Below are positions 54,919 to 64,000 of a stretch of DNA of 64,000 nt, one piece after another. The position numbers were made by a program, and so were the translations under genes. The stretch covers positions 39,204 to 103,203 of the forward strand of contig REDM01000165.1 in NCBI GenBank assembly GCA_007693485.1, read 5' to 3'. How positions within the stretch are numbered: the stretch's first letter is position 1; each line of letters begins with the position of its first letter. Origin of the DNA: Spirochaetaceae bacterium (lineage in GTDB: Bacteria; Spirochaetota; Spirochaetia; DSM-27196; PWMO01). The notes beneath the pieces are model-generated. The model had not been told where the DNA came from. It saw only the letters and a program-made list of their open reading frames with translations, and ran no database searches.

Positions 54919-56082
54919 GTGAAGGTAAGGTCAAAGGAGATGAATTGGATGGACTCGTACCAGAAAAAGATCGATCGACTCCAACAGGAATTGGCGGAAA
55001 AACGGCGGCTGATTGCCAACGAACACCTCGCCACCGGCCGGCACCTCATCACACGGGATGCCAAACTGCTCTCCTCGACCAGACTTTCGACACTTTCACA
55101 GGAATCTCAGCGGCTGCAGTCGCAGATTGACGATGCCCGCGCCTCCATTGCGCGAATACACGCGATTCTCGACCGGGAACAGCAGATCGACGGCGAAGTC
55201 GATTCTCTGCGCGGGAAGATCGCCGATCTCGAAGAGAGCGTACAGCCGATGTACGAGGAGATTGGCCGCAAGGCGTTTGAGATCTACAAGAGCCACCCCT
55301 TCGTGGATGAGAACTACGTCGACCTCTTCTCTGAGCTGGTCAAGAACCACGAAGACATTCGCGACATCGATCAGCAGCTCGTACAACTGGAACGGGAAAC
55401 CGAAGAAAAACCCTTCCTCGATCGGATGGTCGCCAAGGGCAAGATCGCCCTTCTGCGCAACCGGCGAACCACGCGTGAACAGAATACTCCCCGGCTGTTC
55501 CGCAAGGCGGGCCGCTTTGTCACCGAAAGCAACTTCGTCACCGTTGTGGATGACGCAACGCTGACCCGAGCGGTTGAACCGTACCACCAGGTCAATACCC
55601 AGATTGACGACCTGAACCGTCGCATCTCCGATCTGCAAAAGGAAGACGAAGCCCTCTCCGAGGACCTCCGCGCGCTGGGAGCCGACCGAAAGGCGGTCCG
55701 CAGAGTGGCGGAACTCGAACAGCAGATCGAGGAACTGACCACCACTCTCAACAACGTCTCGATTCAAGTGGGCGAAGGATACATCGCCGAGTTAAAGAAA
55801 GACGACAGCGGCGCCGCCGCCGTGTCTGAGTCCGTTACCCGGGTGCGGGAACTCGAACGCGAGTGTCAGGCCGTTGGCAAGCAGATCGAGAAACTCAAAG
55901 CCGCGATCGCCGCGGAAGAAGCGGCTGCTCGCATCGCCGAGTACCAGAAGAAGATCGCAGCGCTGGAAAGAGAGATCGCCGAGAATCAGGCGTCGGTTGA
56001 GAAGCTTCGTGGATCGATCGCCGAAACGGAAGCGCAGAAGGCGCAGCTCGAGAAGGCGCGGGGTCCGGTAGACAAGCTCTAA
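54919..56082 (+). CDS. Coiled-coil protein of unknown function
   Basis: Long heptad-like E/K/Q/L-rich stretches at both ends and no TM segment. Start ambiguous (GTG 54919, ATG 54940 or 54949). Confidence 0.55.
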   Translation: MKVRSKEMNWMDSYQKKIDRLQQELAEKRRLIANEHLATGRHLITRDAKLLSSTRLSTLSQESQRLQSQIDDARASIARIHAILDREQQIDGEVDSLRGKIADLEESVQPMYEEIGRKAFEIYKSHPFVDENYVDLFSELVKNHEDIRDIDQQLVQLERETEEKPFLDRMVAKGKIALLRNRRTTREQNTPRLFRKAGRFVTESNFVTVVDDATLTRAVEPYHQVNTQIDDLNRRISDLQKEDEALSEDLRALGADRKAVRRVAELEQQIEELTTTLNNVSIQVGEGYIAELKKDDSGAAAVSESVTRVRELERECQAVGKQIEKLKAAIAAEEAAARIAEYQKKIAALEREIAENQASVEKLRGSIAETEAQKAQLEKARGPVDKL

Positions 56083-56154
56083 GTAGGGAAAGCCCTGAGC
56101 CAGGAACACGCGCTTTTTTCCCAATCCCCCGGACAGGAACCACTCGCTGCACGG

Positions 56155-58341
56155 ATGCGCCCGCGGACAATCGACGAGTTTGTCGGTCAGGATCACATCA
56201 TGGGCGAGGGCCGACTGCTGCGCCGCGCGATTGCCGCGGACATGCTTTCGTCGGTGATCTTCGCCGGACCACCCGGAACCGGCAAGACCACCCTCGCTCG
56301 CGTCATTGCCAACACCACCAGTAGCCGCTTTGTCTCGCTGAACGCCGTGCTCAGCGGCGTCAAGGAAGTGCGCGCGGAGATCGAGATTGCCCGGGAGCAG
56401 ATGGCCCTCCACCAGCGGCGCACCATCCTGTTTGTTGACGAGGTCCATCGCTGGAACAAGGCGCAGCAGGACGCCCTCCTGCCGTGGGTTGAGAGCGGGA
56501 CGGTGGTTCTCATCGGCGCCACTACCGAAAACCCCTTCTTTGAGGTCAATGCCGCCCTCGTCTCGCGGTCGCGCATTTTCCAGTTGCGCCCCCTCTCCGA
56601 GGCCGAGCTGCGCCGCGTCATGGCGCAGGCGTTGCAGGACCCGATTCGGGGATACGGCAGCCTGAAGGTCACCGTCGAGCCCGATGCCGCCGATCACCTG
56701 ATCGCAGTGGCCGACGGTGACGCCCGCAGCTTGCTGAACGCCGTACAGCTTGCCGTGGAGACCTCTGTGCCTGCGGTTCCAACTCCGCCCGACACCGAGG
56801 TCACCGTATCTCTGGCGATCGCCGAAGAGAGCATTCAGGCCAAAGCCCTCCTCTACGATCGCGAAGGTGACTATCACTATGACACCATCAGCGCCTTCAT
56901 CAAGTCGCTTCGCGGCAGTGACCCCGACGCGGCCCTCTACTGGATGGCGCGCATGGTGGCCTCGGGCGAAGACCCCCGGTTCCTCTTCCGTCGCATGCTC
57001 ATTCTTGCCTCCGAGGACGTCGGCCTTGCCGATCCCCAGGCCCTGGTGGTGGTGGAGGCGGCGGCGCGCGCCTTTGACCGCGTCGGACTTCCCGAGGGCC
57101 AGTTTCATCTGGCGCAGGCCGCGCTCTACCTGGCCACCTGCGCCAAGTCAAACTCCACCCTGGGCTACTTCGATGCACGCGCCTCGGTGGAGGCCGAAGC
57201 CTCGCGCGACGTGCCCCGCCATCTGCGCGACGGAAACCGCGACAAGGAAGGATTTGGCCACGGCGAGGGCTACCTCTACCCCCACGCCTATCGCGACCAC
57301 TGGGTGGCTCAGGCCTATCTCCCCTCGGGCATGCAGGGGCGGCTCTTCTACACCCCATCGCGAAGCGGCTACGAGGGGCGCATTGCCGACGACGTCGAGC
57401 GTCGGCGCGAAGTCCAACTCTCGGTGGTCACCGATGACGATATCGAGCAGGAGATCCTTACCTTCTCGCCGCCCCAGGACGCCCGCGAGCGCTGGCTGGT
57501 TCGTCTCTCACAGAGTCGTAACGAGCTGATCCAGACGGTACGCGATCGCGTATTTGCTGCCGCGGATCTTCAGCGGCACGAGCGCGTCCTGATTGCCGGT
57601 TCGCGCACCGAGACCCTCGTCTGGGAAGCGGTTCGCTGCGTGCCCGAGGGCCTCGTTGCCGCCCTGGTCGATACTCCGCAGCTCGCCGAGCAGATCGCCT
57701 TTCACGCGGAGAAACTCGACGCACTGACGCGACCGCTGATCCTGATTCCGGGGCCGTCCGGCATTGATCCAGAACCCAATGGCCCACCGGTGGAGTGGCC
57801 CTCACGCTTTGAGCTGTTGATCGGACGAAACTGGTTGCACCGCCGGGCCGACCGCGTCGGTCTGCTTCGCCGCGCGGCCGAAATCACGGACCGTATCGTG
57901 CTTGCCGAGCCCGCCGCCGCCGCCGCGTCGCGACTGTCGGAGGTGCTGGGAGACCGGCTCCCCCACCCCGAGCGGGCGCTTCTGGAAGCGGCCGAACAGC
58001 GCATCTACGGCGACCCCAACGATGCGGTGGTTAACTGGCGCCCCGCCGACATTGGCGCGTGGCTTTCGGAGGCGGGATTCGAGGTTGTCGGTATGGAACC
58101 GATCACTCACGTGTCGACCCGGGTCATCAGCCCCGCAGATGTGACCGGGTGGCTCACCGCAGAGGGCAGTCGCCTTGGCGCGGCGGTTGCCGAAGTCGCC
58201 GGCACCGGGACCGCCGAGCAACTGACCACGGCGATCATTGCAGCGCTCGGGTCCGAAGGCGTTCGGTGGCGCAGCGTTGTGGCCCTCGCGTGGGGGCGCA
58301 CGCCCGATTCTGGTGCACCGCACCGGCTCCCAACGTATTGA
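56155..58341 (+). CDS. rarA: Replication-associated recombination protein A (RarA/MgsA) with a C-terminal extension of about 300 aa
   Basis: RMRPRTIDEFVGQ, Walker [10 protein letters not shown], Walker B FVDEVHRWNK, MgsA C-terminal helical domain (DPDAALYWMARM...). The true start is probably upstream of the first ATG (see findings). Confidence 0.85.
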   Translation: MRPRTIDEFVGQDHIMGEGRLLRRAIAADMLSSVIFAGPPGTGKTTLARVIANTTSSRFVSLNAVLSGVKEVRAEIEIAREQMALHQRRTILFVDEVHRWNKAQQDALLPWVESGTVVLIGATTENPFFEVNAALVSRSRIFQLRPLSEAELRRVMAQALQDPIRGYGSLKVTVEPDAADHLIAVADGDARSLLNAVQLAVETSVPAVPTPPDTEVTVSLAIAEESIQAKALLYDREGDYHYDTISAFIKSLRGSDPDAALYWMARMVASGEDPRFLFRRMLILASEDVGLADPQALVVVEAAARAFDRVGLPEGQFHLAQAALYLATCAKSNSTLGYFDARASVEAEASRDVPRHLRDGNRDKEGFGHGEGYLYPHAYRDHWVAQAYLPSGMQGRLFYTPSRSGYEGRIADDVERRREVQLSVVTDDDIEQEILTFSPPQDARERWLVRLSQSRNELIQTVRDRVFAAADLQRHERVLIAGSRTETLVWEAVRCVPEGLVAALVDTPQLAEQIAFHAEKLDALTRPLILIPGPSGIDPEPNGPPVEWPSRFELLIGRNWLHRRADRVGLLRRAAEITDRIVLAEPAAAAASRLSEVLGDRLPHPERALLEAAEQRIYGDPNDAVVNWRPADIGAWLSEAGFEVVGMEPITHVSTRVISPADVTGWLTAEGSRLGAAVAEVAGTGTAEQLTTAIIAALGSEGVRWRSVVALAWGRTPDSGAPHRLPTY

Positions 58342-58384
58342 CAAAGCGGTCGCCGATGTGGCAGGATTCGGCCTTGCCGATTAT

Positions 58385-58457
58385 GGTGGATGTAGTTCAA
58401 TGGTAGAGCGCCAGATTGTGGTTCTGGTTGTTGCGGGTTCAAGTCCCGTCATCCACC
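58385..58457 (+). tRNA. tRNA-His (anticodon GTG) with genome-encoded G-1
   Basis: Manual cloverleaf: G-1 plus GTGGATG/CATCCAC acceptor, anticodon arm CCAGA-TTGTGGT-TCTGG, T arm GCGGG-TTCAAGT-CCCGT. CCA not encoded. Confidence 0.85.
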
Positions 58458-58573
58458 CGAACATGGAAATCCTGCGACAGGGGTAGAAACCGCCGCGGTT
58501 TTCCATTATTTTGACAGGCACCGGTTCCGTTCGCTGGATTCGTGCAGCCTCGGGCCACAATATCGATTTGATT

Positions 58574-58647
<74 letters not shown>

Positions 58648-58654
58648 GCGTATT

Positions 58655-58727
58655 GGGCCGTTAGCTCAGCTGGTAGAGCGACAGACTCTTAATCTGTTGG
58701 TCGGAGGTTCGATCCCTCCACGGCTCA
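58655..58727 (+). tRNA. tRNA-Lys (anticodon CTT)
   Basis: Acceptor GGGCCGT/ACGGCTC, anticodon arm ACAGA-CTCTTAA-TCTGT, T arm GGAGG-TTCGATC-CCTCC. Confidence 0.85.
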
Positions 58728-58778
58728 ATGGGTCGCCGGTTTCAGCCGGAAACCCGGAACGGTTCAGACCGTTAATTC

Positions 58779-58807
58779 TTGACGGGGTACCGTTTCTTGT
58801 ATAGTAT
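58779..58807 (+). promoter_or_regulatory. Candidate internal promoter (TTGACG - 17 nt - TAGTAT) directly upstream of tRNA-Leu
   Basis: Hexamers and spacing read from the sequence. The predicted start falls within a few nt of the mature tRNA-Leu 5' end. Confidence 0.45.
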
Positions 58808-58812
58808 GGCGT

Positions 58813-58894
<82 letters not shown>

Positions 58895-58970
58895 GAGCAT
58901 AGTCTCCCGGGAGATGGGAGTACTATCGGCGTAGTCCGTTTTGCCGGAGACGTATTCGCACATTATTCGT

Positions 58971-59042
58971 GCGGGAGTAGCTCAGTGGTAGAGCTCCACC
59001 TTGCCAAGGTGGATGTCGCGGGTTCAAATCCCGTCTCCCGCT
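58971..59042 (+). tRNA. tRNA-Gly (anticodon GCC)
   Basis: Acceptor GCGGGAG/CTCCCGC, anticodon arm CCACC-TTGCCAA-GGTGG, T arm GCGGG-TTCAAAT-CCCGT. Confidence 0.85.
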
Positions 59043-59051
59043 CTCTTACAC

Positions 59052-59084
59052 AAAGCGATCTGGGTTCTCCGGATCGCTTTTTTT
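59052..59084 (+). terminator. Rho-independent terminator after tRNA-Gly
   Basis: 9-bp stem aaagcgatc/gatcgcttt, 11-nt loop, running into a T7 tract. Confidence 0.75.
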
Positions 59085-59148
59085 GTAATTCCGGGCGTGC
59101 GCACTCACCGCGCCGATACGCCCGAGTTCAACAGCGAGGTCCTTCATA

Positions 59149-60501
59149 ATGGTATCGGAAAAACAGGTCGAACGGGTCGAACCCTCCGCCGCAAAGCTCA
59201 CAGTAACGGTTGCACAGCCCACCGTGCGCGAGCAGTACGATAAGCTGGTGCGCGAGTACGCGAAAGATGTCCAGATCAAAGGCTTCCGCAAGGGCAAGGT
59301 GCCGATCAACATCATGGAGCTCAAGTTTGGCGACACGCTCAAGGCCGAGGCGGCTCAGCGCATTCTCGAAGAGAGCCTTAAAGAGGTCTTCGACGAGATC
59401 GAAGAGAAGCCCCTTCCCTACGCGCAACCCGAACTCGACGGTGAACTCGACTTTGATCTCGAAAAGCCGTTTACCTTCGCGGTTCGCTACGATATCTTTC
59501 CAGAGATTACCGTGGGCCCCTACACGGGACTCGAAATAGAGGAACCGCAGGTTGAGATGGCCGATGAAGACCTCGATCGCGAACTGAAGACCATCCAGGA
59601 GCAGAACTCGGTTGTCATCGACAAGGCCGATCAGACCGTAACCCAGAACGACATCGTCACCATCGACTACGAAGAGATCGGCGCCGACGGCGCCGTCGTG
59701 GACGGCAGCCGCCGCGAAGACTTTGTCTTCACCGTCGGCACCGGCTACAACTACTATCGCGTTGACGACGACGTGGTGGGCATGAAGCTCAACGAAGAAA
59801 AGACCATCGAAAAACAGTACGGCGACGACGTCGACGTCGAAGAGCTGCGCGGCACAGCCCGCCGCATCAGGGTGACGGTCAAGGCGGTCAAGCAGCGGCA
59901 GCTTCCGGAGATTGACGATGAGCTCGCGCAGGATGTGAGCGAGAAGTACGAGACTCTTGCCGACCTGAAAAAAGATATCCGTCAGCGCCTCGAGCAGGCC
60001 GCAGCGAGCCGGATCCGCCAGATGAAGGCCGACGCCCTGGTCGAGAAGATCAGCGAAGGCTCCCAGGTCACCCTTCCTGAATCGATGATCCTCGCAGAAC
60101 TTGAATCGAGCTGGCAGAACTTCGTGGGCCGCTTTGGTGCCTCGGAAGCGCAAGTCGCAGGCTTTCTCCAACAGCAAGGCCGAAGCAAGGAAGACCTGCA
60201 GGCTGAGTGGCGACCGGAAGCGGAAAAAAGCCTGAAAGGGCGGCTCCTTATCAACCGAATCATGGAGCAGGAGAAGATCGAGGTCAGCGACGACGATGTC
60301 GATGCGAAGCTGAAGGAGCAAGCAGAGGCAAGCTCGGCCGGTTTTGAAGAGGTGAAAGAGTACTATCGGAAGCAGGGAATGCTTGAGTATTTGCGCAACA
60401 CCGTCGCTGAAGAGCGGCTGTTCGATCGCCTGTTTGAACAATCGAAGATCAAGAAGGGTGAGAAACAGAAATTCGTGGACGTGGTCGGCAGAAATTCGTA
60501 G
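59149..60501 (+). CDS. tig: Trigger factor
   Basis: N-terminal ribosome-binding block IKGFRKGKVP, central PPIase-like region, C-terminal arm domain. Confidence 0.92.
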   Translation: MVSEKQVERVEPSAAKLTVTVAQPTVREQYDKLVREYAKDVQIKGFRKGKVPINIMELKFGDTLKAEAAQRILEESLKEVFDEIEEKPLPYAQPELDGELDFDLEKPFTFAVRYDIFPEITVGPYTGLEIEEPQVEMADEDLDRELKTIQEQNSVVIDKADQTVTQNDIVTIDYEEIGADGAVVDGSRREDFVFTVGTGYNYYRVDDDVVGMKLNEEKTIEKQYGDDVDVEELRGTARRIRVTVKAVKQRQLPEIDDELAQDVSEKYETLADLKKDIRQRLEQAAASRIRQMKADALVEKISEGSQVTLPESMILAELESSWQNFVGRFGASEAQVAGFLQQQGRSKEDLQAEWRPEAEKSLKGRLLINRIMEQEKIEVSDDDVDAKLKEQAEASSAGFEEVKEYYRKQGMLEYLRNTVAEERLFDRLFEQSKIKKGEKQKFVDVVGRNS

Positions 60502-60524
60502 ATTGTCAGTAAGCAGGAACAACC

Positions 60525-61118
60525 ATGAATGAACAGATGAACAACCTGGTGCCGATCGTGGTCGAGCAGACCGGGGCAGGCGAGCGATCATACGATATTT
60601 TCTCCCGGCTGCTCAAAGACCGTATCGTCTTTCTCGATGGCGCAATCAACGACGTCAATGCAGACCTGGTCGTCGCACAGATGCTTTTTCTCGAGAGCCA
60701 GGATCCCGAAAAAGACATCAACCTCTACATCAACTCTCCTGGTGGGTCAGTCACCGCGGGATTGGCGATCTACGACACCATCCAGTATATCAAGCCCGAC
60801 ATTCAGACAATCTGCATGGGGCAGGCGGCAAGCATGGGGGCCATGCTCCTCGCCGCGGGCTCTCCCGGCAAGCGGCTCGCCCTTCCCTCGTCTCGTATTC
60901 TGATCCATCAGCCCTGGGGCGGCGTGCAGGGGCAGGCGACCGATATCGGCATTCAGGCGCGTGAAATCGTGCGACTGAAAAAGCTTATCATCGGATACTT
61001 CGCCCAGCACACCGGAAAGAGCGTCGACGTGATCGAACGCGACCTCGAACGAGACTATTTCATGTCTGCTCCGGAGAGTGTAGAATATGGGATAGTAGAC
61101 CGGGTGCTGACGAGGTAG
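60525..61118 (+). CDS. clpP: ATP-dependent Clp protease proteolytic subunit
   Basis: [35 protein letters not shown], catalytic context [11 protein letters not shown]. Confidence 0.95.
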   Translation: MNEQMNNLVPIVVEQTGAGERSYDIFSRLLKDRIVFLDGAINDVNADLVVAQMLFLESQDPEKDINLYINSPGGSVTAGLAIYDTIQYIKPDIQTICMGQAASMGAMLLAAGSPGKRLALPSSRILIHQPWGGVQGQATDIGIQAREIVRLKKLIIGYFAQHTGKSVDVIERDLERDYFMSAPESVEYGIVDRVLTR

Positions 61119-61120
61119 TC

Positions 61121-62362
61121 ATGGCCAAACAAAAAAACGACTCCACCAAGGCGTGCTCCTTCTGCGGAAAGAGCTCAGATTTCGCGCGTCGGCTCATTTC
61201 CGGCCCCGGCGTCTTTATCTGCGACGAGTGCGTCTACGTCTGCAAAAAGATCCTCGACGACGAAGACGACGTCATCACTGCGGAGTTCATGGATGACATT
61301 CCCAACCCGCACCAGATCAAGGAGCACCTTGACCTCTACGTGGTGGGGCAGGAGAAGGCCAAGCGCGTTCTCTCGGTCGCGGTCTACAACCATTACAAGC
61401 GCATTACCCAGCACGGCCGCCTCAAGGATGACATCGAGATAGAAAAGTCCAACGTCCTGCTGATTGGTCCCACCGGAACCGGGAAGACCCTGCTCGCCAA
61501 AACGCTCGCCGACAAGCTGCGCGTGCCGTTCGCGATCGCAGACGCAACCACCCTGACTGAGGCCGGATACGTGGGCGAAGATGTCGAGAATATTCTCCTC
61601 AAGCTCTACCAGGCAGCCGGAAACGACGTGTCCGCCGCGGAACGCGGCATCATCTATATCGACGAGATCGATAAGATCGCACGCAAGGGTGAGAACGTCT
61701 CCATCACCCGGGATGTCTCGGGCGAAGGGGTACAGCAGGCGCTGCTGAAGATCATCGAGGGGACCATCGCCTCGGTTCCGCCTCAGGGCGGCCGTAAGCA
61801 CCCGAGCCAGGAGATGATCAAGATCGACACCAGCAACATCCTCTTCATCTGCGGGGGTGCGTTCGTTGGGCTGGATCGAATTGTCGAAGCGCGGGTTGCC
61901 CAGCACCCCATGGGCTTCGGAGCCGACGTCAAGGCAACGCGCGAGAAGAACCTCGAAGAGCTCTACGCCCACATGCACCCCGACGACCTGATCAAGTTTG
62001 GTCTGATCCCCGAGTTTGTCGGGCGTCTTCCCATTCACGTGACGCTGCGCGATCTTGACGTGGATGATCTGGTGCGCATCGTGCGCGAGCCACGCAACTC
62101 CATCATCCGTCAGTACGAAGCGTCGCTGAAGCTCGACGACGTCGACATAGTATTTGAAGACGATGCGGTGCTTGCCATCGCCGAACAGGCGCTCAACCGT
62201 AAAACCGGTGCGCGTGGGCTTCGCTCCATTGTGGAGAATGTGATGGTGGACATCATGTACGACATTCCATCCATCAAGGGAAAGAAGCGCGTAGTTATTA
62301 CCCGCGACGTCATCGATAACACCCAGAAGCCGATCATCGAAAGCGACAAGAAAACCGCATGA
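61121..62362 (+). CDS. clpX: ATP-dependent Clp protease ATP-binding subunit ClpX
   Basis: Zinc ribbon CSFCGK...CDEC, Walker [12 protein letters not shown], pore loop GYVGEDV, Walker [10 protein letters not shown]. Confidence 0.95.
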   Translation: MAKQKNDSTKACSFCGKSSDFARRLISGPGVFICDECVYVCKKILDDEDDVITAEFMDDIPNPHQIKEHLDLYVVGQEKAKRVLSVAVYNHYKRITQHGRLKDDIEIEKSNVLLIGPTGTGKTLLAKTLADKLRVPFAIADATTLTEAGYVGEDVENILLKLYQAAGNDVSAAERGIIYIDEIDKIARKGENVSITRDVSGEGVQQALLKIIEGTIASVPPQGGRKHPSQEMIKIDTSNILFICGGAFVGLDRIVEARVAQHPMGFGADVKATREKNLEELYAHMHPDDLIKFGLIPEFVGRLPIHVTLRDLDVDDLVRIVREPRNSIIRQYEASLKLDDVDIVFEDDAVLAIAEQALNRKTGARGLRSIVENVMVDIMYDIPSIKGKKRVVITRDVIDNTQKPIIESDKKTA

Positions 62363-64000
62363 GACTTGGCCTCCAACGGAACAGGTTGCCGGACTATCCG
62401 GTCGTGCCTCTGAAGGAGACGGTCGTTTTTCCGCACACCGTAGCACCGGTTCTCTCGGGGCGCCGAGGCACCATTACCGCGGTAGAAGACGCCATGGCGC
62501 ACGAACGCACCGTGGTACTCTGTATCCGCAAAAATGACGAGTCAACCGATCCAGAGCCCCGTGATCTGATGCGGGTTGGCACAATCGCCACAATCCTGCA
62601 AATCGTCAAACTTCCCGATGGGTCGCTTCGCCTTCTGGTGGAAGGGAAGCAGCGCTGCCGCATCACCGGTTTTGTCACCGAGCGAGAGCATCTGCGAGCT
62701 CGGGTTGAGCCGATCGCGCAGGCGTGGACGGCGGACGCCGAGGCGCACCGCTCGATGCGAACTCTGCGTGACAGCTTTGGTCGCTTTGCGGCGCTGCATA
62801 AAAAAGTGCCGCCCGAGGTTTCGGTGACCGTGGCGCGCACCGAGGAACCGCATAAGCTCGTCGACGTCATCTGTGGGCACTCCACCATCCCTACCGACAA
62901 GAAGATTGAGCTGCTGGCCGAAGAATCGGTGATCCGGCGGCTTCAGGAGCTGACCGTTGCGCTCGAGGCCGAGTGCGAGGTGCTCGACCTCAAGAAGCAG
63001 ATAAACTCGCGCGTGCGCAAGCGGCTCGAGAAGGGACAGCGCGACTACTTCCTCAACGAGCAGATGAAGGAGATTCATCGCGAGCTGGGCCGCGACGACG
63101 ATGATCCCTCCGGCGCTGCCGATATCGCACGTCGCATTGAAGAGGGCGAGCTACCCGAACCGGTTGCCGCCCGCGCCCGCAAAGAGGCGGACCGCCTGAA
63201 GAAGCTGCAGCCTATTTCGCCCGAAGCGGGCATCGTGCGCACCTATCTTGACTGGCTGCTCGATCTTCCATGGAATCGTCGCAGCTCTGACGAAGTCGAT
63301 CTCGCCCATGCGGCCAAAATCCTCGACGCCGACCACTACGACATGGAGAAGCCCAAAGAGCGGATCCTGGATTATATCGCCGTACGCCAGCTGACTGAGC
63401 GTCTGCGCGGACCAATCCTCTGCTTTGTTGGCCCCCCGGGAACCGGAAAGACCTCGCTTGGGCAGTCGCTCGCCCGCTGTCTTTCCCGGGGCTTCGTGCG
63501 CATCTCGCTCGGTGGTGTACGCGACGAGGCGGAGATCCGCGGACATCGCCGCACCTATGTAGGCGCCATGCCGGGCAAGATCATCCAGTCGATGCGGAAG
63601 GTTGGCACCTGTAACCCGGTATTTCTCCTCGACGAGATCGACAAGATTGGGGCTGACTTTCGCGGCGATCCTGCCTCTGCCCTGCTCGAAGTGCTCGACC
63701 CGGAACAGAACGCGGCCTTTGTGGATCACTACCTCGAGGTTCCCTTCGACCTCTCCGAGGTGATTTTCATCACTACTGCAAACAGCCTGCACACCATCCC
63801 CCACGCCCTGCGAGACCGGATGGAAGTGATCGAGATTCCCGGCTATACCGAATACGAAAAGAAGAAAATCGCCGAGGCCTTCCTCATTCCCAAACAACTC
63901 GAGGCGAATGGGCTGTCGTGGCTGGACGTCCGCTTCCGCTCCGATGCCATCACCACCGTGATCCGTGACTACACCATGGAGTCCGGGGTGCGAAACCTCG
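62359..64000 (+). CDS. lon: Lon protease (ATP-dependent protease La), 3' end outside window
   Basis: ATGA overlap with the clpX stop. LON-N domain ([16 protein letters not shown]), Walker [10 protein letters not shown], Walker B FLLDEIDK. Frame open to the window end. Confidence 0.92.
   Translation, partial: MRLGLQRNRLPDYPVVPLKETVVFPHTVAPVLSGRRGTITAVEDAMAHERTVVLCIRKNDESTDPEPRDLMRVGTIATILQIVKLPDGSLRLLVEGKQRCRITGFVTEREHLRARVEPIAQAWTADAEAHRSMRTLRDSFGRFAALHKKVPPEVSVTVARTEEPHKLVDVICGHSTIPTDKKIELLAEESVIRRLQELTVALEAECEVLDLKKQINSRVRKRLEKGQRDYFLNEQMKEIHRELGRDDDDPSGAADIARRIEEGELPEPVAARARKEADRLKKLQPISPEAGIVRTYLDWLLDLPWNRRSSDEVDLAHAAKILDADHYDMEKPKERILDYIAVRQLTERLRGPILCFVGPPGTGKTSLGQSLARCLSRGFVRISLGGVRDEAEIRGHRRTYVGAMPGKIIQSMRKVGTCNPVFLLDEIDKIGADFRGDPASALLEVLDPEQNAAFVDHYLEVPFDLSEVIFITTANSLHTIPHALRDRMEVIEIPGYTEYEKKKIAEAFLIPKQLEANGLSWLDVRFRSDAITTVIRDYTMESGVRNL

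Noticed and set aside
55792-57108. 438-aa ORF on the minus strand
   Set aside because: Antisense to the coiled-coil gene and rarA. No motifs; shadow ORF.
59128-60591. 487-aa ORF on the minus strand
   Set aside because: Antisense to trigger factor. Leu/Asp/Phe-rich mirror of the Glu/Lys-rich tig reading frame.
61175-62446. 423-aa ORF on the minus strand
   Set aside because: Antisense to clpX, whose identity is certain.

Overview
GC-rich, very densely packed bacterial chromosomal segment with about 60 CDS and 5 tRNAs. Many stop/start overlaps (ATGA/GTGA) indicate operons. I found no CRISPR array, transposase, integrase, phage gene or toxin-antitoxin pair, so this reads as core chromosome rather than a mobile or defence island. 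Gene content (DapL-type lysine pathway, dual-REC response regulators, a tRNA cluster followed by tig-clpP-clpX-lon) is compatible with a spirochaete-like or similar lineage, but taxonomy cannot be established from this window.

Gene order:
- 1-7.6 kb: oppF-like (5' truncated), hflK-hflC, an orphan Dam-class DNA adenine methyltransferase, murE-ddl.
- 7.6-15.8 kb: nitroreductase, M28-like membrane protein, dinB, GAF/fRMsr-like protein, dapL, then ribA / reductase-only ribD / FkbM methyltransferase.
- 15.8-21.2 kb: a minus-strand operon of dual-REC regulator, hybrid histidine kinase, RCK K+ channel and stand-alone cNMP-binding protein.
- 21.3-31.5 kb: phosphohexomutase, Fe-S-less MutY-like glycosylase, trpS, AI-2E transporter, and a PDH-type 2-oxoacid dehydrogenase operon (E1a, E1b, E2, E3) led by a PNPOx-like gene.
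- 31.8-40.8 kb: nqrBCDEF plus an unknown cistron, REC-PAS-GGDEF-EAL protein, aroK-aroC.
- 40.8-50.8 kb: rubredoxin, an eight-gene Mrp/Mbh-type antiporter module, DUF2400, small membrane proteins, three secreted proteins/lipoproteins.
- 50.9-64 kb: ABC-F ATPase, xthA, LON-N domain protein, msrB, coiled-coil protein, an extended RarA, tRNA-His/Arg/Lys/Leu/Gly, tig-clpP-clpX-lon (3' truncated).

Most worth a second look:
1. An nqr cluster lacking nqrA, with an RnfD-sized NqrB and an uncharacterised co-transcribed ORF.
2. The translationally coupled two-component / K+ channel / cNMP-sensor operon.
3. The orphan methyltransferase with a C-terminal extension, only 20 bp from murE.
4. The partial riboflavin-like trio.
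5. An MrpA-less Mbh-like antiporter module.
6. RarA with a roughly 300-aa C-terminal extension, whose conserved N-terminal motif lies upstream of the first ATG.

All functional calls rest on motif and family recognition by eye. No database search was run.
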